Origin: Bdellovibrionales bacterium
GTDB taxonomy: Bacteria > Bdellovibrionota > Bdellovibrionia > Bdellovibrionales > UBA1609
Reading direction: 5' to 3'
Assembly (NCBI GenBank): GCA_965203785.1
Contig: OZ241911.1
Location: 23,760-87,759 of the forward strand
DNA: 64,000 bases
A model generated the notes under the pieces. The model was given only the letters and a program-made list of their open reading frames with translations, had not been told where the DNA came from and ran no database searches. Position numbers and translations under genes: made by a program. Shown piece by piece: positions 25,056 to 34,319 of this stretch (position 1 is the stretch's first letter; each line of letters starts with the position of its first letter).

Positions 25056-25715
25056 ATAAAAAATTTATGGATTGCAACCACTAACCAAGGAAAAGTTAGA
25101 GAATTCAAACTTTTGCTCAAAGGTTTTAGCTTAAAATTTATGAGCCAATACCCTCAATATCTATCGCCTAAAGAAACTGGTCAAACTTTTAAAGAAAACG
25201 CACTCATCAAAGCTCAGTGTTTTTATCAGTTTTTAAAATCTCAACCAATGGATTGTCAAAATTTGTGGGTAATAGGAGAAGATAGCGGTTTAGAAGTAAA
25301 AGCCTTAGACGGCAAACCGGGTATTTATTCAGCACGCTACAAAAAACCTCAAGCAAGTGATGCAGATAATCTCAATCACTTATTACATGAAATGAAAGCC
25401 ATCGCCGAAGATAAAAGGCACGCTCGCTTTATCTGTCACATAGTAGCTTTTTCAAAAACTCAGACATTATCCTGCCAAGGAGTTGTGAAAGGATACATTA
25501 TGACTGAAGGCAAATATCAACAGTTAGAAAAAAAAAGGTCTTTGATACCCCTCCTTTGGCCAACTAACTGGCCACGGTTTGGCTATGACCCTGTATTTGT
25601 TCCGGAAGGCGAAAAAAAAAGTTTTTTTGATTTAGGTGTCCATTATAAAAATCGCCATTCTCATCGTTTTCAAGCCGTTAAAAAATTAAAACTCATGCTT
25701 GAAAGCACCCGCTAA
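25056..25715 (+). CDS. rdgB: dITP/XTP pyrophosphatase (RdgB/HAM1 family)
   Basis: LWIATTNQGKVREF, FGYDPVFVPEG, SHRFQA. The conserved N-terminus lies upstream of the first ATG/GTG/TTG, so the start is uncertain (see finding). Confidence 0.8.
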   Translation: MKNLWIATTNQGKVREFKLLLKGFSLKFMSQYPQYLSPKETGQTFKENALIKAQCFYQFLKSQPMDCQNLWVIGEDSGLEVKALDGKPGIYSARYKKPQASDADNLNHLLHEMKAIAEDKRHARFICHIVAFSKTQTLSCQGVVKGYIMTEGKYQQLEKKRSLIPLLWPTNWPRFGYDPVFVPEGEKKSFFDLGVHYKNRHSHRFQAVKKLKLMLESTR

Positions 25716-25734
25716 GAAAGTTAAGAAATAAGCT

Positions 25735-26691
25735 ATGGATAAAGTCAAACTCTTTACCGGAAACGCCAACCCCAGTTTTGCAAACAAGGTGTCTAGTTAT
25801 TTAAACATTCCACTTAGCCAATGCCAGGTGTCTCGTTTTTCAGATGGAGAAGTGCAAGTATCCATCGGAGAAAATGTTCGCGGATGCCATGTATTTTTAA
25901 TCCAAAGTACTTGTACCCCCGTCAACGAAAATTACATGGAACTTTTTGTCTTAATGGACTCTCTAAAACGAGCTTCTGCAAAAGAAATTACCTTAGTTAT
26001 GCCCTACTACGGTTATGCCCGCCAAGATCGAAAAGACTCCGCCCGAGCTCCGATATCTGCCCGGCTAATAGCTGATTTGTGCCAAACAGCAGGAGCTAAA
26101 AGATTATTAGTCGTGGACCTCCATGCACCCCAAATTCAAGGTTTTTTTAACGGACCAGTAGATAATTTATTTGCACTACCCGTCATAGCAAAAACTTGGA
26201 AAGAAAAAAAACAACTGGACCACTTAGTATGTGTTAGCCCAGATGCCGGATCTGTAGAAAGAACCAGAGCTTTTGCTCAAAAAATTAAAAGCCCCATCGC
26301 CGTTATCGACAAGCGTAGAACCAAACCGGGAGATGCCAAAGCCTTCCATATTATCGGAGATATTAAAGATAAAACTGCTTTAATTATAGACGACATGATC
26401 GACACAGCTGGCACTTTATGTGCCGCTACTGACTACATGCTCAAACAAGGTGCAAAAGATATTTACGCCATCGCCACTCATGCTGTGTTTTCTGGACCTG
26501 CTTTAGAAAGAATCCAAAAAAGTAAGCTCAAAGAAGTATGGATCACAGACACGATACCTTTAAAAAAGTCAGTTCAACAAACAGCTTCTAATAAAATTCA
26601 CTCCATTTCTGTCGCCCCCCTAGTCGCCGAAGCTATGAAACGAATCTACTTAAAAGGCTCTGTAAGTGCCTTGTTTAATGAACCTCAATAA
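25735..26691 (+). CDS. prs: ribose-phosphate pyrophosphokinase
   Basis: KLFTGNANPSFANKV, RFSDGEVQV, YYGYARQDRK, DLHAPQIQGFF, IIDDMIDTAGT. Confidence 0.95.
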   Translation: MDKVKLFTGNANPSFANKVSSYLNIPLSQCQVSRFSDGEVQVSIGENVRGCHVFLIQSTCTPVNENYMELFVLMDSLKRASAKEITLVMPYYGYARQDRKDSARAPISARLIADLCQTAGAKRLLVVDLHAPQIQGFFNGPVDNLFALPVIAKTWKEKKQLDHLVCVSPDAGSVERTRAFAQKIKSPIAVIDKRRTKPGDAKAFHIIGDIKDKTALIIDDMIDTAGTLCAATDYMLKQGAKDIYAIATHAVFSGPALERIQKSKLKEVWITDTIPLKKSVQQTASNKIHSISVAPLVAEAMKRIYLKGSVSALFNEPQ

Positions 26692-26724
26692 GTTATAAGA
26701 AGAACAATTAAAGGGAGAATTAAA

Positions 26725-27453
26725 ATGCCAGAAGTTACTACTCAATTAGAATTTAAAGTGTATTTAAGAAAGCCCGACCATTTAACTGCTCGGCAAATTC
26801 GAAGAGAGAATTTGATTCCAGCTGTCGTCTACGGACCTGGGCAAAAAACTTTGCATCTATCTATGGACTTAAAGTCAGCAGAAAAATTTTCTAAAAAAGA
26901 GTACGAAAATAAAATTTTTACTTTCAAATCAGATGAGAAAACTTTGGATGGATTAAAAGTTTTAAAAAAAGAAGCCAGCTATCATATTCTCACTCGCAAG
27001 CCTCAACATATCGATTTTTTATCTCTCGATATGAACAAAAAAGTTCGAGTTCATGTGGAAGTCATCTTTACCGGAAAGTCCAAAGGGGTCAAAGAATCGG
27101 GTGGAGTTTTAAATATTATTTGTCGACAAGTCGAAGTGGAATGCTTGCCTGGGCAAATACCTGAATCTCTTTCTATTGATGTTAGCCCTTTAGAGGTTAA
27201 CCAAAATTTTCATGTGTCCGATTTAAACATTCCTAAAGGGATTAAACTGATTACTGCCTCTTCTGCTGTGTTGTGTGCAGTGATAGAAATTGCTGAAGAA
27301 GAAGAAAAACAAGCCAGCGGAAGTGACAGTGATGGAGGAGCAGAATCTCCACCTTCCACTAAAGGCGAAAAAACAGATCCTGCAACTGAAAAAACTCCAG
27401 CTACCAAAACTCCAGCTGCCAAAACAAAGACTGATAAGGTAGAAAAAAAATAA
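26725..27453 (+). CDS. rplY: 50S ribosomal protein L25 / general stress protein Ctc
   Basis: RRENLIPAVVYGPGQK, two-domain Ctc length, low-complexity K/T/P/A tail. Classic prs-rplY-pth order. Confidence 0.85.
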   Translation: MPEVTTQLEFKVYLRKPDHLTARQIRRENLIPAVVYGPGQKTLHLSMDLKSAEKFSKKEYENKIFTFKSDEKTLDGLKVLKKEASYHILTRKPQHIDFLSLDMNKKVRVHVEVIFTGKSKGVKESGGVLNIICRQVEVECLPGQIPESLSIDVSPLEVNQNFHVSDLNIPKGIKLITASSAVLCAVIEIAEEEEKQASGSDSDGGAESPPSTKGEKTDPATEKTPATKTPAAKTKTDKVEKK

Positions 27454-27475
27454 CCCCTCACTTAAAACCCAACTA

Positions 27476-28075
27476 GTGAAAGATACAAACTTAAAGCCAA
27501 AAACTTCTACCCAATACGGGTCTAAAAAGTTTAGCACTTTAATTGTGGGTCTCGGAAATCCCGAAAAAAAATACTTACTCACCCCCCATAACTTGGGCTG
27601 GATGGTGGTGGACGCTTTAGCTCAAATTTGCCAAGTTCAATTACAAAAAAATAAATCTTTTCTCTCTCAAACTGTATGTTTAGAAAATCAATCGGTCGTA
27701 CTGATGCAACCTCTCACTTATATGAACTTATCTGGTCAGGCTGTGAGAGAAGCCATGGACTATTATCAGTTTACACTGAATCAACTTCTAGTGATTCACG
27801 ATGATCTGGACCTACCTTTTTTGTCTATGAAGTTTCAAAAAAACCGAGGACCAGCCGGACATAACGGACTTCGAAACATCAATCAAGTACTGGGTAGTCA
27901 AAACTACACGCGACTTAGAATTGGTGTAAGCAAAATTAAGGTACTTAAAACTTTTTCAAAAATAGAACAAAAAAAACTGCCCGACTTTTTAAGCTTATGT
28001 AGTGAGGCCGTTCGGTATTTTTTGCAGACAGGTCTAAATCCAACTGCTAACCGATACAATTCTTCTTCTAACTAA
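27476..28075 (+). CDS. pth: peptidyl-tRNA hydrolase
   Basis: LIVGLGNPEKKYLLTPHNLGWMVVD, MNLSGQAV, HDDLDLPF, GHNGLRNI. Confidence 0.9.
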   Translation: MKDTNLKPKTSTQYGSKKFSTLIVGLGNPEKKYLLTPHNLGWMVVDALAQICQVQLQKNKSFLSQTVCLENQSVVLMQPLTYMNLSGQAVREAMDYYQFTLNQLLVIHDDLDLPFLSMKFQKNRGPAGHNGLRNINQVLGSQNYTRLRIGVSKIKVLKTFSKIEQKKLPDFLSLCSEAVRYFLQTGLNPTANRYNSSSN

Positions 28076-28098
28076 TACTTTTTTATAAACCTTTAATT

Positions 28099-28121
28099 AA
28101 AAGCTTCGGTTAGAAGCTTTT
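28099..28121. terminator. hairpin between convergent pth and 28139..29452 (probable bidirectional terminator)
   Basis: AAAAGCTTC ggtta GAAGCTTTT, flanked by A/T runs on both sides. Confidence 0.5.
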
Positions 28122-28138
28122 AAAAAAAATTTAAAAAC

Positions 28139-29452
28139 CTAGTTTTTACTAGACTCTTTAGAAGTGTTTTCTTTAGAAACTTGATCTGTGGCAGTTTGAT
28201 CTTTAGCAGAAGAATCTAAATCAGTATTACCTGTTGGTAGTTTTTTCTCTACAACAACAGCTTGAGCTTGGGCATCTGAAACTGGAGCATTTAAAGCTTG
28301 GGCTGGAGCTCGGGCTTGGGCTGGAGGGATAGGTTCTATAAAACTATCGTATTTACAGCCAGCGTCCTTATACTTAGGATCCACTTGATCCCAAACCAAT
28401 TGAGAATTGATGTCACAATAAGCTAGGCGTATGCACTCACTATTGTCATGGCAAGCTGATTTCAATATGTCATGAGCAATGTCAAAAGCTGGGCGATTTT
28501 CAATCTCTGTAGCTACATCTACAAAAGTTCGCCTTGGCTCTTCACCAAAACATTTTTTAATAAAAGAAAAAAACAAATTAGCATCAAATGGAACCACCGA
28601 GCTATCAATAATTTTTCTCTTCTCTACAGTGTGATCCCATGCGGAATGGAAATTGCTTTCAAATGTTTTTGTTTCGGAAGTTTTTGCCACTACTTCTGAA
28701 GATTCTGCTACTTCTGGAGATTCTGCTACTTCTGAAGATTCTTCCACCTCACCACCAACACCTGCATCAGTCGAATCTGCTGATACTTCTAGTTCAGTAG
28801 ATAGAACACCCTCTTTAACATCTTTTGGTTTGTCATTTTGTACATTTAAGTCTTCAACTGGACTGGCAACTGCAACACTGGCAGTTCGATCTTCTACTAT
28901 AGGAGTTTGATCTTTTGCTATATACAAAGATGCAAAAGGAGCGTGTTGGATTCCTAAGTTCATAGAGATTGGACAGTGAGCCGAAACTCCCATACGAAGT
29001 AGAGATTTCACAACATAATGATTAGGGTCTACTTTTTTCAAAAAACTAGCCACATCTTTATCAGTAGCAATCAGCTGTAAATCCTTTTGAGCTGAATCCC
29101 ATTTCGGATATTGATTAATTTGATTGATCCAAAAATCAACTACTTGATGAACTAGCAATTGTTTACATTCTGAATGATGTTGCAAATGCTCACAAATATG
29201 TAAGCAACCTTCCACTCCTCGACATACTGGATCCACTGTCCTTCTACGAGAAGTCTGACCTCGCACAACAAAAAACATTTTATCAACATCCAAGGCAACA
29301 TCCATCTGTCTATTATCTACATTACCTATCTCCAAACTGTGTTGTTTTGGATTTTTATCATTCCCTTTATATTTACGCTTCAACCGTTTTTTAGAACAAG
29401 AAGTAAAACTAAAACTCAATAAAAGACATAGAAATAAAATAATTGTACGCAT
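28139..29452 (-). CDS. Cys-rich lipoprotein, family member 4 (dispersed paralog of 18827-22097 genes)
   Basis: 437 aa. Signal plus FTSC lipobox-like Cys. Motifs CRGVEGCLHICEHLQHHSECKQLLVHQVVDFW and SECIRLAYCDIN parallel the tandem paralogs. Internal ESSEVAESPEVAESSEV repeats. Confidence 0.6.
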   Translation of the reverse strand: MRTIILFLCLLLSFSFTSCSKKRLKRKYKGNDKNPKQHSLEIGNVDNRQMDVALDVDKMFFVVRGQTSRRRTVDPVCRGVEGCLHICEHLQHHSECKQLLVHQVVDFWINQINQYPKWDSAQKDLQLIATDKDVASFLKKVDPNHYVVKSLLRMGVSAHCPISMNLGIQHAPFASLYIAKDQTPIVEDRTASVAVASPVEDLNVQNDKPKDVKEGVLSTELEVSADSTDAGVGGEVEESSEVAESPEVAESSEVVAKTSETKTFESNFHSAWDHTVEKRKIIDSSVVPFDANLFFSFIKKCFGEEPRRTFVDVATEIENRPAFDIAHDILKSACHDNSECIRLAYCDINSQLVWDQVDPKYKDAGCKYDSFIEPIPPAQARAPAQALNAPVSDAQAQAVVVEKKLPTGNTDLDSSAKDQTATDQVSKENTSKESSKN

Positions 29453-29644
29453 TTTTCCTCCTTATTTTCTAAAAACTTAATTTTTAAAAGCTTATTTTTC
29501 CTATCGTCTGTTAGATTCAATAAGTTTAATTTTATTTAAAAAAAATTGACTTTCTTTAGAATCAATACCCATACTCAATAATAATACCCAGACGAAAGAA
29601 CGGTAGAAACAGACAAAAGAACAGAAAAAAGGAGGATACAATTT

Positions 29645-30070
29645 ATGTTTACACAGGCAAAAAAATGTTTATTAGCTTTTAATAATCAATTTCAGACAAT
29701 TGGCGAGTTAATTTTTCGTTTAACTGTATCGACTTTTATTTGGACCCATGGCTTGGGAAAATTAATGTCTTTTTCTGAAAAAGCAGACTTTTTTCCGGAT
29801 CCATTGGGGATTGGCTCTTGTTTAAGTTTGAGTTTGGCAGTTTTTGCAGAATTTTTCTGTTCTATTTTGCTGTTTTTAGGTCTTTTTACTCGTTTTGCTG
29901 CCTTCAATCTATTGGCTACAATGGTCACTGCCGGATTGATTTTTCATGCACACGACCCTTTTTCTAAAAAAGAACTAGCTCTATTATATGCAATCAGCTT
30001 TTTATATTTTGTAATAACTGGGGGTAATCGCTACAGCCTAGATCAATGTTTAAGAAAAAAATGTCTCTAA
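29645..30070 (+). CDS. DoxX-family membrane protein
   Basis: 141 aa, four TM helices, IFRLTVSTFIWTHGLGKL. Confidence 0.7.
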   Translation: MFTQAKKCLLAFNNQFQTIGELIFRLTVSTFIWTHGLGKLMSFSEKADFFPDPLGIGSCLSLSLAVFAEFFCSILLFLGLFTRFAAFNLLATMVTAGLIFHAHDPFSKKELALLYAISFLYFVITGGNRYSLDQCLRKKCL

Positions 30071-30089
30071 CAATCCTCTGATTTATCTG

Positions 30090-31340
30090 ATGTCTAACAA
30101 AAAAAAATACACCTCAAAACAAAAAAAAAGTTTTTCACCAAATGTAAAACACTTAGGGCAAGTTTTTACCCCAGATAACATTGTTCAGCAAATGTTGGCT
30201 TTGCGTAAAAATAAAGGATCTGTTTTAGAGCCAGCTTGTGGGAGGGGGGATTTTTTAAAGAGATTAAATGAATTTACAGGTATTGAGTTAGATATAAATC
30301 TTATATCTGATATGTCGTCTGTTTTTACTCAAAAAGAAATCCCTAAACATACTAATAGAAAGAATAATAAAAGTTATTCTAAAAAAGCTTTCAACAAAAA
30401 AATTTTAATCGGGGATTTTTTTTCTTACCCCGTGGAAAATAAATTTGACACCATTATTGGGAATCCTCCTTATGTGCGGTTTCAAGATATAAAGCCAGAG
30501 ACAAAAAAGCTTTTGTCCTTAAAAGATTTTGATCAAAGAACCAACCTTTATCTTTTTTTTATTGCAAAATGTATTGAGCATTTAAAAAAAAATGGGGAAC
30601 TCATATTTATAACCCCTCGAAGTTTTTTAAAAGCCACTTCTGCAAAATATTTAAACCAAAAATTTTATCAACAAGGAACTTTTACTCATTACTTTGAGCT
30701 AGGAGACGATTGTGTTTTTAAAGATTATTCCCCGAATTGTGCTATCTGGCGTTTTCAAAAGGGGCTTAGTAACCGCAAATTAAAAACTGGTCAGGGTTTT
30801 TTTAATTTTCACGAAGGACAAATTTGGTTTGGTCCAAAAGAAAGTGGTATTTTGTCAGATTTTTTTGAAGTAAAAGTGGGAGCAGTTAGTGGGGCAGATA
30901 CTATATTTACAAACGAGAAAAAAGGTAATAAAGATTTTGTTTGTTCTGTAACAGCCACTACAGGGAAAACCCGGCGAATGATCTATAACCAAAAAGACAT
31001 ATCCTTAAATCCTCATAAACAACAATTATTAAAAAGAAGAATCAGATCTTTTAATGAAAGCAATTGGTGGGAATGGGGCAGAAAATACTGTGATAGATCT
31101 ATCCCTCGCCTCTATGTAAACTGCAAAACTCGAAATTCAAAACCTTTTTTTACACATCAGTCTACAGCTTATGACGGCTCTGTTATGGCACTTTTCCCTA
31201 AAAATCCCAGTATGGATATAAAACGAGCAATGGATAAATTAAATAAGGTTAATTGGTCAAACTTAGGCTTTACTTGTGGTGGAAGACTTCTTTTTACCCA
31301 GAGAAGCCTCGAAAAAGCTCCCGTAGAATTTTCTATATGA
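30090..31340 (+). CDS. type II N6-adenine DNA methyltransferase (TaqI-like, gamma class)
   Basis: 416 aa. GQVFTPDNIVQQM, LEPACGRGDFL (AdoMet motif), IIGNPPYVRF (NPPY catalytic motif). Confidence 0.85.
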   Translation: MSNKKKYTSKQKKSFSPNVKHLGQVFTPDNIVQQMLALRKNKGSVLEPACGRGDFLKRLNEFTGIELDINLISDMSSVFTQKEIPKHTNRKNNKSYSKKAFNKKILIGDFFSYPVENKFDTIIGNPPYVRFQDIKPETKKLLSLKDFDQRTNLYLFFIAKCIEHLKKNGELIFITPRSFLKATSAKYLNQKFYQQGTFTHYFELGDDCVFKDYSPNCAIWRFQKGLSNRKLKTGQGFFNFHEGQIWFGPKESGILSDFFEVKVGAVSGADTIFTNEKKGNKDFVCSVTATTGKTRRMIYNQKDISLNPHKQQLLKRRIRSFNESNWWEWGRKYCDRSIPRLYVNCKTRNSKPFFTHQSTAYDGSVMALFPKNPSMDIKRAMDKLNKVNWSNLGFTCGGRLLFTQRSLEKAPVEFSI

Positions 31341-31573
31341 TCCCTAAAGAAATAAAAAAAGTTGTGCAGTATTTAAAAAATAATCCAGTACAATTACAGA
31401 TTGGAATGGGTGATGCCCGGCAAGATTCGGCAAATTCAGAATCAAAAATTGTAACAGCTTTGGTTAATCAACAAATTAACCTGGGGTTTATTCAAGGAGC
31501 AAATGTTGAGAAACATCATAACCGTAATTGGTATGATATAAAGATAAAAGAATCAAATAAAAACCACATTTGA
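31337..31573 (+). CDS. 78-aa ORF translationally coupled to the methyltransferase (possible truncated restriction endonuclease)
   Basis: ATGA overlap with the MTase stop. MIPKEIKKVVQYLKNNP...NRNWYDIKIKESNKNHI. It ends exactly where the left direct repeat begins. The function is inferred from position only. Confidence 0.35.
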   Translation: MIPKEIKKVVQYLKNNPVQLQIGMGDARQDSANSESKIVTALVNQQINLGFIQGANVEKHHNRNWYDIKIKESNKNHI

Positions 31574-31633
31574 GCGTTTATACAATAAAAAGGAGTTACA
31601 AAGCAATACTAAACCACTTTTAGTGGTAGGCAT

Positions 31634-31918
31634 TTATTTTCTTTTAAGCAAACTTTTCATATCTTTTTGAAGGTCTTTTATATCGTCTGTTATGTGCTTT
31701 AGATCATTCTCTTTTATTGTTTTAATACTTTGATCTATCAGTGCAGTTTTATTTATAACCCTTTGTTCTGATGCTTTAATTTCTGCTTTTATTACAGCCA
31801 CTTCTTTTTTTATTATCCATTGAAAAATACTTAAAACAATTCCTAAACTAACTAACCAAGTGAAGACAATTGACCCCCACTCTTTTAATAATTCTTTGAT
31901 AGTAGTCTTCTTTTCCAT
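31634..31918 (-). CDS. small single-TM coiled-coil protein (paralog of 17484..17747)
   Basis: 94 aa. TM helix WGSIVFTWLVSLGIVLSIFQWII and C-terminal NDLKHITDDIKDLQKDMK. Confidence 0.55.
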   Translation of the reverse strand: MEKKTTIKELLKEWGSIVFTWLVSLGIVLSIFQWIIKKEVAVIKAEIKASEQRVINKTALIDQSIKTIKENDLKHITDDIKDLQKDMKSLLKRK

Positions 31919-32062
31919 AATATTTACCTCACTCTCTAATCATAACATACTCAAAAGTGCAGTTTTTTTATCCTAAAATTGCCCCATCGGTCAATTCTAA
32001 TCACAAAAAAAGTCTTTTATCGGTGTATTAAACATAGGAGGATATACCAGTTTTGATTGCAC

Positions 32063-32209
32063 TCAAACAAGCTTGTTTTTCAGTCGGTGGGATAGGCATT
32101 TATTTTCTTTTAACATCCAATTTAACATACACCACCACCCACCAAATAAAAGTGCTGTATAAGTAATCGCTACAGTAACAGCCGCCCAAGTTAACCCTAT
32201 ATATTCCAT
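32063..32209 (-). CDS. possible 48-aa small membrane protein
   Basis: MEYIGLTWAAVTVAITYTALLFGGWWCMLNWML.... Below the track threshold. Its 3' end shares the ATAGGCATTTATTTTCTTTTAA motif with 31626-31650. Confidence 0.3.
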   Translation of the reverse strand: MEYIGLTWAAVTVAITYTALLFGGWWCMLNWMLKENKCLSHRLKNKLV

Positions 32210-32598
32210 AATATACTTCCTTAAAAAAAAACAATTTAATCCTATACAATATTTTATCTTAAGATTACAATTAAAAAAAGCAAAAGATACAGCTATAACA
32301 CCACACCTTTTGAAAAATCATACTCTTTTTGATCTTCATTAGTTCGTATTGCTTGATCCTTCCACTTGGACAGAACATCACTGTTGTTTTGTCCTGTCTG
32401 GTTGGTTGCGTCCCTGCCACCCGCTCTCACACTGGTGGCTCGCCTACCGCACCTTCTACCTGCTAAATCCCGATCGCTTGGATAATTACAATTACCTGCA
32501 CCAACACACTAAAAAAATCCACCTAATATTAGCCATTTCATAAGCCACCTCCTTTTGAATCCTTATCGGTAGACCCAAACTAAAGCTTTAGTCTATAA

Positions 32599-33112
32599 TT
32601 AAGTTTTTATTTCTGCCTCATTTTTTATATCTGACAAGAGTATCCTAAGAATTGTAAGCTTGCCTTTTATACCACCCTCGAGATTTAACCCTTCTATTTC
32701 TTCACTAATCTTATCTCTTACCCTCGAAAACTCCTTTACCAAACTTTTTTTATTCCACTCCCTTACATCTGTTACCTCTAACAGGTACTGCCTTCGCACT
32801 GCCCATTCATGCAAGGTTAGATACTCTCTCAATTCCCCAAGAGTAAACTTATCCCCTATATGTGGGAGAATATCATCTATTCTACCTACCTTGTCCCTAA
32901 TATTATCAATTACACTTATAATAGACTCTAAATCTTTCCAATACTCCTGTAGTTTTTTTATCTCCTCTGTAACTTTTTTTAATAACTCCCCTAAAGTTTT
33001 CTACAACAGCTGCTTTGGGGTAAAACCTTCTTTTGAGAAAAGATCCATCATAAAGTCAAAGTCCTTACCTGTTAGGGTTTTTGTATCTCTTAACTTCTTC
33101 TTTATCATTTTT
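32599..33112 (-). pseudogene. paralog of 33145..33696 interrupted by one in-frame TAG
   Basis: Reading from the ATG at 33112 gives MIKKKLRDTKTLTGKDFDFMMDLFSKEGFTPKQLL*KTLGELLKKV...YLTLHEWAVRRQYL, colinear with the 183-aa paralog. Confidence 0.6.
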
Positions 33113-33144
33113 TGATCCTTTCTTATCGGTTTTTTATGCAAATT

Positions 33145-33696
33145 TTATTTGAGTAAGTTTTCATGAACCAGTTTAATTTTTTTTAAAGTGAATTCTAGTT
33201 GTTCTATTCTTTTATTGTTTTCATCCTCTCGGTTTTTTACATCATCTACTATATTTCTTTCCCTTACAACCTCCATTAGATTCCTTGCTATATACTTTTT
33301 CCCTCCGAATAAATCTTTTAAGTATTCTCTACACATTGCCCACTCGAACAATGTTAAGTACTGATCTAAATCTTCAAAAATAAATCCTTCCAACTTATTA
33401 GGCTGGGCTTTTAATGCTCGGTATATTTCCCCCTCATTGCAGATTTTTTCCATTACGAATTCTACTGCAATGACCTCTTTATTTAATCTTTCCTTTCTCT
33501 CCACACAAGACTTTACTTCCTCACTTATTTTCTTTTCTACTTCGTCTAACAACAAGTCTAATATTTTTAATGGGGCTTCGGTTTCTTTCCGAAATAATCC
33601 ACTTATGAGATCAAAATCTACACCTGTTAAGTTATGAAGAATCCTACCCCTCTCTGGTAGTGGTATGTCTCTTAATCTATATTGTTTTTTGTCCAT
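33145..33696 (-). CDS. hypothetical protein (phage-remnant paralog family)
   Basis: 183 aa. LTGVDFDLISGLFRKE, YLTLFEWAMCREYL. No assignable function. Confidence 0.5.
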   Translation of the reverse strand: MDKKQYRLRDIPLPERGRILHNLTGVDFDLISGLFRKETEAPLKILDLLLDEVEKKISEEVKSCVERKERLNKEVIAVEFVMEKICNEGEIYRALKAQPNKLEGFIFEDLDQYLTLFEWAMCREYLKDLFGGKKYIARNLMEVVRERNIVDDVKNREDENNKRIEQLEFTLKKIKLVHENLLK

Positions 33697-33770
33697 AATA
33701 AAACTCCTTTCTTAAAATCACCCATAATTCAACTTGTGGTCTGATAAAAATATGTCAACTAATAAACTAA

Positions 33771-33794
33771 GTGGCTGGGAGATAAACCAGCCAC
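33771..33794 (-). terminator. 8-bp perfect hairpin, possible terminator
   Basis: GTGGCTGG gagataaa CCAGCCAC. On the minus strand it is followed by an A/T-rich tract containing a short TTT run. Confidence 0.3.
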
Positions 33795-33988
33795 CTACTA
33801 ATGTTAAACAATGATCGGCACTAAAGGAGTAGTTAAACCGACCATTCTTTTAATCTTTATTATTATCACCATAGTATCTTTGCATTTTTAATATCCTGCT
33901 TAGTTCCTCTATATCTTTTTTTTGCTCTTCTGTTTTCTCTCCATAGACTACATTTAACCAACTCATAAGGAAACAGTCTATATCTTGT

Positions 33989-34306
33989 TTATGCCCCTGT
34001 CGGACCTTCTCCGTCTAATGAAAATTTCAGTGTATATTGTCTTTCCTGTGTGCTTCTGTTTTGGATATAAAACAACGCTAATAGGTATATAGATTCAGTT
34101 ACCCTCTCCGCTTCTGGAATTGATTCCTCCTGCGTAAAACCCAACATATCGGTAATAACTGCCTTAGCTATATTTAAGTAACTTTGTATAAAAGTATCTG
34201 TTAAAGCCACATCACAAACAGCCACAGCAGTATCCTCCTCTGTCTGTAAATAATTGGTTTTAAAATAATCTAAAACAATTGCCATAATCCCCAACCTATA
34301 ACACAC
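33989..34306 (-). CDS. phage head-tail connector (gp6-like) family protein
   Basis: 105 aa. LDYFKTNYLQTEEDTA...FIQSYLNIAKAVITDMLGF...IYLLALFYIQNRS resembles the Phage_connect_1 pattern. Confidence 0.45.
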   Translation of the reverse strand: MCYRLGIMAIVLDYFKTNYLQTEEDTAVAVCDVALTDTFIQSYLNIAKAVITDMLGFTQEESIPEAERVTESIYLLALFYIQNRSTQERQYTLKFSLDGEGPTGA

Positions 34307-34319
34307 TTTTTTTGGTGGT

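Noticed and set aside
31253-31573. 106-aa version of the ORF downstream of the methyltransferase.
   Set aside because: Its first 28 codons overlap the conserved C-terminus of the MTase in another frame. The ATG at 31337, overlapping the MTase stop (ATGA), is the more plausible start.
32660-33115. 151-aa plus-strand ORF.
   Set aside because: It is antisense to the interrupted paralog 32599..33112. That gene's minus-strand translation aligns with the 183-aa neighbour.
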